64,000 bases of DNA from Candidatus Rehaiarchaeum fermentans. Its GTDB lineage: Archaea > Nanobdellota > Nanobdellia > Parvarchaeales > Parvarchaeaceae. Made by a program: the position numbers and the translations under genes. Within the stretch, counting starts at the first letter, position 1; each line of letters begins with the position of its first letter. Shown in pieces: positions 54,098-63,285 of this stretch. The notes under the pieces were generated by a model, which did no database searches, was not told the DNA's origin, and saw only the letters and a list, made by a program, of their open reading frames with translations. The stretch is from NCBI GenBank assembly GCA_025920435.1, contig JAPDLT010000002.1, positions 199 to 64,198 of the forward strand. Reading direction: 5' to 3'.

Positions 54098-56194
54098 TTA
54101 ACAATTTTCGTACTCTAATATATTAAGATTTCCCGTGTAGTTATAAAACGGATTTGTAAATATTGTAAAGTGCCAGTGTAAAGTGGATCCACTTGTGAGG
54201 GTATAGGGCAAAGTTATATTAACATTAGTTAAATAAATTCCAGGGGTAAGTGATTTGAATCCTGTTATAGTACAAGTAATGCTTCCTTCTGTTGTAACTA
54301 CATAATAATTATAATAAGTCCCAGCAGAAGTTGAAAAACCATTTAAAATAAAGCTCTGATTTTGAGTCGGATAACCAAAATAAGTTGTTTCATCCGTTAA
54401 ATTGACAACATTTATATTTATCAAAGGCATAAACCTGGAGCTATTCCCTAAATATACTTCATTATTATTTCCAGCTCCTAACGTAGCATAATTATGGTTA
54501 TATTTAACATTAACGTTTGAAATTTCTTCTGCAGTATCATCTGCAAATGAATAATAAGATGGAAACTCTATATAAGAGTGAGTAAAATTATTGTAGTAAT
54601 ATAATCCTAAAGTGGCGTTCAGGTTTTGAATTGTAGCTAAGCTACCATTAAATCCTCCTCCGATTACAAATTCGGCATCATAATAAAGTGGAGGTATATT
54701 AATCGGATAATTACTTCCACTAATCATAAATTTAGCAGAAGCTACATTACTATCATTAATAAATATATTATCATAGCAATAGCCATTAATTGATACTGAT
54801 AGATTCTTACCATTTTGTAACGGCTGATAACATTCACTTATATTTATTCCTTTATTTGGATAAACCGAGACTATCGACTGTAAAGCAAAAGAAAATGGAT
54901 AATTATAAAAAGAAAGATTAGTTCCGTAGGCATAAAATGACTCCTTACTTATATTATCATAAATTACTTGCCCATGACCTTCTATGGTTTTATTCGTAAT
55001 ATCCTTGCCCCATAAATTATCTACTAAACTATAAAGTCTACTGACTGTATATAATTGGGCAAAATTTTGTACCCAGTATGTTTGTATAGTTCCATTTTTA
55101 TTTATAACCACTAACACACCATTTAATTGCGCAGATAGGAAATGACTTGCTGCCGATTGCGATGAATTATATACATATAGAGAGGATAGATTCAAAAACC
55201 CTTCCAAAGCACTTGTATTAATTGTATATGCAGATAAAATCCCGCTTTGATTAGATATTCCATACGATACTAAACCTTCAGCATTATTGCCTCTACTATA
55301 AATATATGGGTTTACTATGTATGGCGATTCTGTGTACCAAAAATCATAAAGCACGCTGGAATTATGTTTATTAAATAAAATAATAGAGTAGCTTCCCGGA
55401 GTTAGATTTCTTATTGAAATGTACTCGTTTGTTTGATTTCCCAAAACAGTAACTGGTTTTGATAAATAAACAGTTTTATTTGTTGAATTATCAAAAATAG
55501 AATAAATGATTGTTTGATTTGAAAGACCATATAAATATATAGTACTTATGTTTGTTACTTCAAAGGGAACTTTAATAGAAATAACATTGTTAGGTCCGAT
55601 GACCCCAAAACCTCCATTTGGAAGAGATAAAGAATTAAAACTATTCAAATGAGTAATAAACGACATTGTGTAATTAAATGCTACGTTAGAAGTTGAATTT
55701 TGAGGGACAACGACTAAGAAAAGTGTAATATTTTTCGACGATGCATTCTCTATAAAAACATTATTAACAATAGAATTATTGCTATAAAAAATAGAATTAA
55801 ACCTACTTTCTTTAATTGTTTCGTTTCTAAATAAGTTTAATTGAGATTCAGTTAAAAGCAGAGAAACTACTGTAGAGTTGCTTTTTACAGTGTATGTAAT
55901 TGTTGTAGCAACGTACGAACTTGAAGAATTTTTTGGTATACTCAACTCGTATACTTTATAACTTGTTTTGTTAAGTGTAACGTTATAGATATGATTAGGT
56001 GCTGCAAGTATAATCGGGCCAGACTGTACAAATTTAACAGGAGCTACTTTCGATAAAAAAGTTCGAGAAGAAGAAAGTAAAGCACCAATAACAATAACAA
56101 TCAGTATAACTATAGTTAGAATAGCTACCTTTCTTTTTCCGAACTTAGTTTTTTGTCCGGGTTTTTTAGACATACATTTTTTGCATTTAACCAT
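54098..56194 (-). CDS. thermopsin-family (peptidase A5) secreted protein with extra N- and C-terminal regions
   Basis: 698 aa with a basic N-terminus plus TM anchor and dozens of N-x-S/T sequons. SAQLNGVLVV..TYWVQNFAQL and LYYDAEFVIGGGFNG...NATLGLYYY...FADDTAEE match the thermopsin blocks I recall (LQFNIVL, YWLQDV, YYDAELVWGGGGNG, TLGLYY, FGADTAE). Confidence 0.75.
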   Translation of the reverse strand: MVKCKKCMSKKPGQKTKFGKRKVAILTIVILIVIVIGALLSSSRTFLSKVAPVKFVQSGPIILAAPNHIYNVTLNKTSYKVYELSIPKNSSSSYVATTITYTVKSNSTVVSLLLTESQLNLFRNETIKESRFNSIFYSNNSIVNNVFIENASSKNITLFLVVVPQNSTSNVAFNYTMSFITHLNSFNSLSLPNGGFGVIGPNNVISIKVPFEVTNISTIYLYGLSNQTIIYSIFDNSTNKTVYLSKPVTVLGNQTNEYISIRNLTPGSYSIILFNKHNSSVLYDFWYTESPYIVNPYIYSRGNNAEGLVSYGISNQSGILSAYTINTSALEGFLNLSSLYVYNSSQSAASHFLSAQLNGVLVVINKNGTIQTYWVQNFAQLYTVSRLYSLVDNLWGKDITNKTIEGHGQVIYDNISKESFYAYGTNLSFYNYPFSFALQSIVSVYPNKGINISECYQPLQNGKNLSVSINGYCYDNIFINDSNVASAKFMISGSNYPINIPPLYYDAEFVIGGGFNGSLATIQNLNATLGLYYYNNFTHSYIEFPSYYSFADDTAEEISNVNVKYNHNYATLGAGNNNEVYLGNSSRFMPLININVVNLTDETTYFGYPTQNQSFILNGFSTSAGTYYNYYVVTTEGSITCTITGFKSLTPGIYLTNVNITLPYTLTSGSTLHWHFTIFTNPFYNYTGNLNILEYENC

Positions 56195-56252
56195 TTAAAT
56201 ATTTAATACAAGGATCAGTTGTTGCATTTAGAAATTATTCTTATATCTTGGT

Positions 56253-56324
56253 TGGGCCTAGAGGGATTTGAACCCCCAATCTTCTCCATGTGAAGGAGAC
56301 GTCATGCCATTAGACCATAGGCCC
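56253..56324 (-). tRNA. tRNA-Val(CAC)
   Basis: Reverse complement is GGGCCTA-TG-GTCT-AATGGCA-TGAC-G-TCTCC-TTCACAT-GGAGA-AGATT-GGGGG-TTCAAAT-CCCTC-TAGGCCC-A. Nucleotide G1 is the last base of the argS TAG stop codon. Confidence 0.85.
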
Positions 56325-57982
56325 TATACTTTTTCTAATTTAAACAAACCTAAGAGATCAAATAAGTTCTCAACCACGTAAACGAATAACTTTACGAGGT
56401 AGATTCTTTCTTTTTCCTTTTGGCTGCCTATTATCCTATTTTTTTCATAGAATTTGTTAAATTCAGTGCATATACTATATAAATAATTAACTAGTATAGA
56501 AGGATCCAGATTTTCCAAAGACCTTTTAATGTATTCATCCCAAAACAATAATTGCCTTATCAAGTTCTTCTCATCTTCGTCAAAATCTAAAGAAGTTTCT
56601 ATATTCGTTGCTTTGTTTAAAACTTGCTTAGCACGTGCTAGTGTGTAGGATACGTATAAACCTGTATTTCCTTTTATATTTATAGCTTCATCTAAGTCAA
56701 AAATCATCATCTTAGTAGGAGAAGTTTTAAGCATCGAATATTTTATAACATTATAAGCTAATTTTTCTTTGTTTTCTCCTCTTAATTTTTCCTTAATTAA
56801 ATTAATTAATTCATCAGCGAAAACTTCTATTCCTTTTCTTCCACTCATGTGCAAAAATTCTGCTTCACTTTCTATTCCCAAATATTTAGCAGTTTTTTTA
56901 GATATAGCTACAGGTTCGTATGTTAAAAATTCATATGACTTTTCATTTGATTTATTTAATGAATTTACTGTTTCAGCTACTTCTTCTTGCTCCGATCTTT
57001 GTCTAGAATCAACAATAGTTATATTAATATCAAAGTCTTCAATTTCTTTTGGATTCCCTCTTTCTTCAGAAATAAGTATTTCACTTCCATCTAAGTTTTT
57101 TCCAAAAGTTTCCCATTTTACTTCTTCTCTTATTTTTTTCAATTTCCAAAGCGCATATGTTATATCTTTTAACAAATAAAGCGCAGTTCCATCAGATCTT
57201 CTTAATATAATGTTAGGTTTTTTCTTCAACACTGTGCATCCTTTATTTTTTCCATCCTTTACTTCTTCTATAATTCCATTTTCTTTAAGTAATTTTTCTG
57301 CTTCTCTTATTAAGCCTTCCTTAATCAAATAACTTTCAGTTGTTAAATAATCATAGTTTACTCCTTGAGGAATTATTGTTTCTAATTGGCCTTTTAATAC
57401 CCTTCTTGCTATTTCTTTAACTTGTTGAAGAAGATTTTCGTCTTCTTCTATCGACTTTAATAAGTCCTTTTTCTCTTTTAATAAATTTTCATCAGTCAAA
57501 TACCTTTCATTTATTTTTTTATAGATTTTAGCACATTCCAAATCAAATTTATTGTTTTGGTCTATATTGTATATTTTTAAGCCTATAATTATATCTGCTA
57601 CTTGAGAACCTGTGTCTTCAATAAAGTTGGCAACCTTTACTTTCGCGCCAGAAAAAAGCAGTATTCTTCTTATAAAATCTCCTATATATACATTTCTTAA
57701 ATGTCCTACGTGGATTGCTTTGTTAGGATTTACAGAAGTATGTTCTAGTATAATAGTTTTATTTTTGTACTTAGATTCTATCTCATCCTTTTGAAAAGCA
57801 AGTGGTACTATTTTTTTATAATTTAAAAAGACGTTTGTGTATATATTAACATTCTCTACTTTTTCTATATATTCGCTATCTAATTTATTTTTATAATTTA
57901 ATAAAGTTACGTCTGCAAACTTAGAAATTTCTACTTTAGCATCTTTTATCCCTAATAAAGCTTTTAATCTATCTATTTGCAT
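56324..57982 (-). CDS. argS: arginyl-tRNA synthetase
   Basis: 552 aa. A HIGH-type region (NPNKAIHVGHLRN), an ArgRS catalytic core and a DALR anticodon-binding C-terminus are present. Confidence 0.9.
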   Translation of the reverse strand: MQIDRLKALLGIKDAKVEISKFADVTLLNYKNKLDSEYIEKVENVNIYTNVFLNYKKIVPLAFQKDEIESKYKNKTIILEHTSVNPNKAIHVGHLRNVYIGDFIRRILLFSGAKVKVANFIEDTGSQVADIIIGLKIYNIDQNNKFDLECAKIYKKINERYLTDENLLKEKKDLLKSIEEDENLLQQVKEIARRVLKGQLETIIPQGVNYDYLTTESYLIKEGLIREAEKLLKENGIIEEVKDGKNKGCTVLKKKPNIILRRSDGTALYLLKDITYALWKLKKIREEVKWETFGKNLDGSEILISEERGNPKEIEDFDINITIVDSRQRSEQEEVAETVNSLNKSNEKSYEFLTYEPVAISKKTAKYLGIESEAEFLHMSGRKGIEVFADELINLIKEKLRGENKEKLAYNVIKYSMLKTSPTKMMIFDLDEAINIKGNTGLYVSYTLARAKQVLNKATNIETSLDFDEDEKNLIRQLLFWDEYIKRSLENLDPSILVNYLYSICTEFNKFYEKNRIIGSQKEKERIYLVKLFVYVVENLFDLLGLFKLEKV

Positions 57983-58030
57983 TATAAATAATGATGGGCA
58001 TGTTTAAAATCAATTTGCTTGTGTACAAAG

Positions 58031-58336
58031 ATGAGTGATATTCCTTTCTCTAACGAAGATCTATATAAGTCAATTTTTCAAGAAAAGCAGAAAATACGAA
58101 TTTATCTTAAGAAAGTAAGCTTTAATAAAATAATTACGGTAATAAAGTTTGAAGGGCAAGGCGACAAAACAGATCTTAAGAAATTAGCTAGTGAGATGAA
58201 AAGTAAATTAGCTTGTGGTGGGACCTACAGCGAAAACACTATAGAGCTTCAAGGCAATCATATAGAAGAATCTAAAAAAATACTCATATCAAAAGGTTAT
58301 CCAAGTGACTCGATAGAGGTCAATAAACTTTTATAA
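58031..58336 (+). CDS. sui1: translation initiation factor aIF1 (SUI1)
   Basis: IRIYLKKVSFNKIITVIKF....DLKKLASEMKSKLACGGT...IELQGNH matches the SUI1 domain. I prefer ATG 58031. Confidence 0.85.
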   Translation: MSDIPFSNEDLYKSIFQEKQKIRIYLKKVSFNKIITVIKFEGQGDKTDLKKLASEMKSKLACGGTYSENTIELQGNHIEESKKILISKGYPSDSIEVNKLL

Positions 58337-58367
58337 AATATTTAAATTTTTAAATTATTGTTTGAAG

Positions 58368-59777
58368 ATGAACTCAGAATTAGTAAGAATTTTTAACGAA
58401 AATGATATAATTGTCTCCGAAGATGTAGAATTAAATGATATAGATCCATTTTATTTGCTTAAATTTTTAAAAGAAAATAATATAAGTTTTGTTGATAGTG
58501 AAGTTTTGGAAAGAATCAAATTAGAGTTATACAATAAAAATCAAAATGAATTTGAAGTAAATTCTCCTCAATTATCTACTTTTTCAGGTTCGGCAGAGGA
58601 ATGGTCAGCTCTTTTATCTGATCGATATGACCGCCTAAGAAGAATTTTGTCTAGCAACTATAAAATTCCTGTTTCAGCAATAGGTAATCTTAAAGAAATT
58701 GGTAACGTAAATGTTATAGGAATAATCGGCGAAGTTAAAGAGAAAGATGGCTCTTTTTTGTTTGAATTAGAAGATCCTACTGGATCAGTATATTGCATTA
58801 CAAATGAAGAATTTTTGATAAGGGATGCTGTAGTCTTAGTCAAAGGCAAATTTACTGGTAAGTTTATAATGGCAGATGAAATAGTTTATCCGAATTCATT
58901 TAAAGCAGAAAGATCTAAGTCTAATTTTGATGGTTATGGTGCTTTTATATCAGATATTCATGTAGGTTCTAAGCTTTTTGCAAGAGAAGAATTTTCAAGG
59001 TTTATAAAGTGGATAAATGGTGAAATAGAAGAATATAAAGAAATAGCAAGTAAGATAAGATACTTATTTATTCTAGGTGATGCGGTAGATGGAGTAGGAG
59101 TTTATCCTGATCAACAGGAAGAAATAGAAACTACTGATGTGAAGAGCGAGTACGCGATGCTTGCAAACTATTTAAGCAAAATTAGGAAAGATGTAAAGAT
59201 ATTTATGATTCCTGGTAATCACGATTCTTCACACAACGCGTTACCTCAACCTCCTGTGTCCAAAGAATTTGCAGCTCCGTTGTATCAAATACCTAATTTG
59301 ATTCTTCTTTATAATCCATCTTTCCTAACTTTGAAACAACCTTCAATAAAAGTTACTTTATATCACGGAAATAGCATTCATTATTATGTAGATAATTATC
59401 CGAAATTTGCTAAAATGACTAGAGAAGATATTGCCTCTATTCTTAAAATTCTTTTAATGACTAGGCATCTGGCTCCATCTTTTGGTTCTGCACAAGTTTT
59501 GCCATCAAAAAAAGATTATTTAATAATCGATGAAGTTCCAGATATACTAGGAATAGGAGATACCCATAAAGCGTTTATAACTACTTACAAAAACACGATA
59601 ATTTTAAACTCAGGTTGCTGGCAATATAAGACAAAATATATGGCTAAATTTAATATTGAACCTGACTTAGGAAAAGTCCCTCTTGTTAATCTTTCAGATT
59701 TTGATTATACTATATTAGATTTCAGTAATGAAAAAATTAAGATATTTGAAGAAGGCATAAATATAAAAGTCAAATAA
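58368..59777 (+). CDS. DNA polymerase D (PolII) small subunit DP1
   Basis: An OB-fold region is followed by calcineurin-like phosphoesterase motifs (ISDIHVGS, ILGDAVDG, PGNHD, GDTH). I prefer ATG 58368. Confidence 0.9.
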   Translation: MNSELVRIFNENDIIVSEDVELNDIDPFYLLKFLKENNISFVDSEVLERIKLELYNKNQNEFEVNSPQLSTFSGSAEEWSALLSDRYDRLRRILSSNYKIPVSAIGNLKEIGNVNVIGIIGEVKEKDGSFLFELEDPTGSVYCITNEEFLIRDAVVLVKGKFTGKFIMADEIVYPNSFKAERSKSNFDGYGAFISDIHVGSKLFAREEFSRFIKWINGEIEEYKEIASKIRYLFILGDAVDGVGVYPDQQEEIETTDVKSEYAMLANYLSKIRKDVKIFMIPGNHDSSHNALPQPPVSKEFAAPLYQIPNLILLYNPSFLTLKQPSIKVTLYHGNSIHYYVDNYPKFAKMTREDIASILKILLMTRHLAPSFGSAQVLPSKKDYLIIDEVPDILGIGDTHKAFITTYKNTIILNSGCWQYKTKYMAKFNIEPDLGKVPLVNLSDFDYTILDFSNEKIKIFEEGINIKVK

Positions 59778-59799
59778 ATATTGCCTTTTATAAAGTATT

Positions 59800-61365
59800 A
59801 TGCGTGCTCAGTATGCTTTTGACTATTTGATAACTTTATCTTTAGGCATGGCAATTATCTTTGCTGCCTTTTCATTTTCTTTTTATAACATAAGTATAAA
59901 ATCACCTTCTTTTTCAATAAATACACTTCAGTCTGAATTGAATGGGTATGGGAATAGAATGGAATTTCCGCAGATTTATCCAGTCGGTTCTTTTATTTGC
60001 AATAATACTTTGTTTTTAAACGTTTCCGATTCTTCATATTCTCTAAAATCAAACTATTTGTTTCTTTTACCTTTGTCAGCTTCTTATTTTGTAGCAAATA
60101 GAATATCTTTGTATGGAAATAATTATATTACTTTTGAATTGCCTGTAGGTTCTATCTTAACAAATTATGTTTATAATCCAATAAATAAAACGCTTTATTT
60201 ATACTTGGAAGAAATTAGCTATAACGGCTCTTCCGAGAATTATCCATTCAATTCGCTTTTGCAACTCCTTTATTTTAATTATTCTATTTTTAGAAACGTT
60301 AACATCTTTTTGAACGGGAGCGCAATTATTTCCTTAAACAATGTACCAGATATTCCTTTCATTTTGAGACTTCAGGTTCCTCCTGATAACGCATTTTTAT
60401 CTATTTGTCTTCATCCAAGTAATACTGGTCTGCTTTTGAATATAACTAATTCTCAGTACTCTATTAATTCATCTTTTCAACAAATTATTAAAATTCCTAC
60501 TTATTATAATTTCATAAATCAGTCTCAGTTATATGTTGCCCAAAATGTAGAATTTCAATACGCAAATGGTTCTTCTATAAATAGTTGGTTTGAAGGTACC
60601 TATTCTTCATTATTGACTTGGTGGATAAAACTTTCTTCATTGCCTCACAAATCTATTTACGTATTTCTAAGAGCGTATAATCCTTCAATATCTCTTTTCA
60701 ATGGTGTTACAGTAGGAGAAGCTCCTCAGTTATCTCCTACTTATGGAGAATATGATAATGGAGCAAATGTATTTTTAAGTTACTTACCTGGTTATTCTTT
60801 AACAGGATGGACTACTTCTGGAACTGCAGGAGTTACTAATAGCGCACCTTCTGGTAATCCAATTTTTGGATCTCACGCTTTCTATGCAAATGGATCAAAA
60901 GGGGATTACTTATATACTATTGCTTCTTCCCAAAGTAATAATATGATTATAGAATATTATGGATACACAGCAAATTTGCAGGACCTATACTTTTTAGTTA
61001 ATTCTACAGGATTCGGTCAAATGGCTAGAGATGGTAACGGAGCAGGATGGTATGGAATAACAAATACTTATTCCTGGACTAATTGGAATGCTCCTCCCGA
61101 TACAGGCTCTTGGTCTAATGAATGGGTAACTGTAGGAGTAGTAGTTAATAACGGTGTCGCAACTATGTATTTAACCCCTGGTATAGTTCCTTATGGTTCT
61201 GAAATTGGTTCAAATCCATCTAATAGTTACACTGTTACTGACGCAGGAAATTATTTAGGTTTAGTTGGTGATGCTGCTAATGGGGCAACAACACAATATT
61301 GGAACGGAATAATAATAAGAGCATATCCTCCTAATGGAGTTATGCCTAGTGTGAGTATCGTTTAG
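59800..61365 (+). CDS. large surface protein with class III (type IV pilin-like) signal peptide
   Basis: 521 aa. The N-terminus MRA/QYAFDYLITLSLGMAIIFAAF fits [KR][GA]-Q-x-x-x-[ED]-[YF]-L plus a hydrophobic helix, as in archaeal prepilins. The remainder is Asn/Ser/Tyr-rich with many sequons, and the C-terminus reads IIIRAYPPNGVMPSVSIV. Confidence 0.55.
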   Translation: MRAQYAFDYLITLSLGMAIIFAAFSFSFYNISIKSPSFSINTLQSELNGYGNRMEFPQIYPVGSFICNNTLFLNVSDSSYSLKSNYLFLLPLSASYFVANRISLYGNNYITFELPVGSILTNYVYNPINKTLYLYLEEISYNGSSENYPFNSLLQLLYFNYSIFRNVNIFLNGSAIISLNNVPDIPFILRLQVPPDNAFLSICLHPSNTGLLLNITNSQYSINSSFQQIIKIPTYYNFINQSQLYVAQNVEFQYANGSSINSWFEGTYSSLLTWWIKLSSLPHKSIYVFLRAYNPSISLFNGVTVGEAPQLSPTYGEYDNGANVFLSYLPGYSLTGWTTSGTAGVTNSAPSGNPIFGSHAFYANGSKGDYLYTIASSQSNNMIIEYYGYTANLQDLYFLVNSTGFGQMARDGNGAGWYGITNTYSWTNWNAPPDTGSWSNEWVTVGVVVNNGVATMYLTPGIVPYGSEIGSNPSNSYTVTDAGNYLGLVGDAANGATTQYWNGIIIRAYPPNGVMPSVSIV

Positions 61366-61426
61366 CGTTAATTATTATCATATCTAAAATATTTTCTTAA
61401 TTAAACTTTGTTAAATACATATTTAT

Positions 61427-61498
61427 GCCACAGTAGCTCAGCGGCAGAGCGCTTGCCTCGTAAGCAAGAGGTCGAGGGTTCAAATCCCTCCTGTGGCT
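61427..61498 (+). tRNA. tRNA-Thr(CGU)
   Basis: GCCACAG-TA-GCTC-AGCGGCA-GAGC-G-CTTGC-CTCGTAA-GCAAG-AGGTC-GAGGG-TTCAAAT-CCCTC-CTGTGGC-T. It is nearly identical to the UGU isoacceptor at 14332-14403. Confidence 0.9.
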
Positions 61499-61504
61499 CT
61501 TATC

Positions 61505-62434
61505 TTATTCTTTTACTACGAATTCAGCTATTTTCCTAGGCTCAAATTTTATTAGATCATTGTAACTTTGTCCTACACTTAAAAAGTAAATCGGTTTATT
61601 AGCTATATAGGAAGCAGAAATTATAGCTCCTCCTTTTTCATCTATATCGCATTTCGTTAGAATTAAGCCGTCTATACCTATTCTTTGGTTGAATGTCCTT
61701 ACTTGATTTACTATTGCATTTCCACTTATTGATTCTAATATAAGTATTGTTAAATTTGGTTTGGTTACTCTTTTTATCTTTTCTAATTCTTTTAATAATC
61801 CTTCATTTATATCGCTCCTGCCTGCAGTGTCTATGAGAACTACATCTGCCTTGACTGAATTCGCATGTTTTATAGCATCAAATGCAACAGCAGCAGGATC
61901 CGCTCCATAATTATGAGATATTACTTCGATTCCTAGCTCTTTACCATAGTGTTTTAATTGTTCGATTGCTGCTGCTCTGAAAGTGTCCGAAGCAGAAATT
62001 ATAACCTTTTTATTATTGTCCTTTAAAAACTTAGCTAATTTAGCAATTGTTGTTGTTTTTCCTACTCCATTTAGGCCTACTAAAAGTATTATAAATGGTT
62101 TTTCTCCTTTTTCTATTAAAGATAAGAGATCCTCTCCCTTCATTATTTCTTCCAACGCCTTTTTTAATTCTTCTTTTATAGATTTTTTAAAATTGAATCT
62201 TGAGAAATTAATTTCCTCAGTGTCTTTTTTAATTTTTTCTATTATTTCTTTAGCTACTTCTACCGAAACATTATTTTCTACAAGTATTGATAATAATTCA
62301 TCCAGATCTTGTTCAGATATTTTTTTCCCCAAAATAGGATTAGTGCTTTTCTTTTCTTCTTTTATTTCTTCTTTGTTCTCTCTTTCTTCTTTACTAAAAA
62401 TTTTTTTTAACTTATTCTTTAGGAAGTTGAACAT
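61505..62434 (-). CDS. ftsY: signal recognition particle receptor FtsY
   Basis: 309 aa. The NG domain carries LLVGLNGVGKTTT, DTFRAAA, DTAGR and LTKCD. Confidence 0.9.
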   Translation of the reverse strand: MFNFLKNKLKKIFSKEERENKEEIKEEKKSTNPILGKKISEQDLDELLSILVENNVSVEVAKEIIEKIKKDTEEINFSRFNFKKSIKEELKKALEEIMKGEDLLSLIEKGEKPFIILLVGLNGVGKTTTIAKLAKFLKDNNKKVIISASDTFRAAAIEQLKHYGKELGIEVISHNYGADPAAVAFDAIKHANSVKADVVLIDTAGRSDINEGLLKELEKIKRVTKPNLTILILESISGNAIVNQVRTFNQRIGIDGLILTKCDIDEKGGAIISASYIANKPIYFLSVGQSYNDLIKFEPRKIAEFVVKE

Positions 62435-62807
62435 TTTTATTAATATAATCTTCTAGCTCTTTAGCTTCTTTTATAAGATCATTTATTTGCTTTGTTAGCT
62501 CATCAGCTTTCTTTATTGTTTCTTGTTGTCTTTTCTTTAGTAATTCTAGGAGTTTTTCTATAGTTACTTCTTCGTAAATGTTTTCTCCTATTTCATATAA
62601 GAATTTTTGATTATCTATAGTTGCTTTTGTTAATACTCCTGGTATTATTGAAACAAGCGTTTCTTTTTCAACAGCAAAGTTATTTATAAAGTTTTCTGTT
62701 TTAGCGTAAACACTTTGAAGCTGGGCTAAATTAGTGTTCAATATTTTTATTTTTTCATCTAGTTCTTGAAATTCTAAAATTTTAGCGTTTAATTCTTTTT
62801 CATCCAT
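62412..62807 (-). CDS. pfdA: prefoldin alpha subunit
   Basis: 131 aa with a coiled-coil / beta-hairpin / coiled-coil layout. It occupies the conserved archaeal position between rpl31e and ftsY. Confidence 0.7.
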   Translation of the reverse strand: MDEKELNAKILEFQELDEKIKILNTNLAQLQSVYAKTENFINNFAVEKETLVSIIPGVLTKATIDNQKFLYEIGENIYEEVTIEKLLELLKKRQQETIKKADELTKQINDLIKEAKELEDYINKNVQLPKE

Positions 62808-63056
62808 TTAAATCACCTTTGCTTCTACTTTATCATTAGTTTTTTTACACACTATTCTTATTTTTACAGGGGGATTTTTAGCACCATTTTTCCAAATTCG
62901 TTCGTTTATTGATTTGTCTAATTTTATATTTTCTGTGTGAAAGTGTCTTTTTAAATATGACTTTATATAAGATATCGCTCTTTTCGCTTTCTTATAATTA
63001 GGTCCTGCTTCTATGGCCTTTCTTAATCTTAAAGTTATGATTCTCTCCTCTTCCAT
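62808..63056 (-). CDS. rpl31e: 50S ribosomal protein eL31
   Basis: 82 aa. ITLRLRKA......KRAKRAISYIKSYLKRHF...IKLD..INE.IW..G..NPP.KIRI is typical of L31e. Confidence 0.9.
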   Translation of the reverse strand: MEEERIITLRLRKAIEAGPNYKKAKRAISYIKSYLKRHFHTENIKLDKSINERIWKNGAKNPPVKIRIVCKKTNDKVEAKVI

Positions 63057-63058
63057 AT

Positions 63059-63216
63059 TTATTTACTTAATTTTCTTCTTGCCTTTCCGCTTATTAATGC
63101 TTTTGCTCCTCTTCCTATTCCATAAGCCTTAAGGAATATAAAAGCAGGAATACCTTTTGCTCTTCTTGCTTTACTATACAAGCTCCTCTTTATTCTTGCC
63201 TGTCTATTTTTGCTCA
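63059..63216 (-). pseudogene. rpl39e: ribosomal protein eL39 gene interrupted by a 1-nt frameshift (or sequencing indel)
   Basis: The frame from ATG 63216 reads MSKNRQARIKRS, then runs into CIVKQEEQ... and stops. Shifting by 1 nt at about 63180-63182 gives LYSKARRAKGIPAFIFLKAYGIGRGAKALISGKARRKLSK*. The joined 52 aa align without gaps to archaeal L39e as I recall it (MSRNKP.AKK.RLAKA.K.N..IP.W..LKT). The total span of 158 nt is not a multiple of 3. Confidence 0.6.
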
Positions 63217-63285
63217 TTATATACTCTTATATACTTTATTTAAATAATTTATAAAATCCTTTGTTGGATATTTCATTACTCATTT

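Noticed and set aside
61983-62456. 157-aa + strand ORF
   Set aside because: It is antisense to ftsY (whose NG-domain motifs are unambiguous) and is Ser/Phe/Ile low-complexity.
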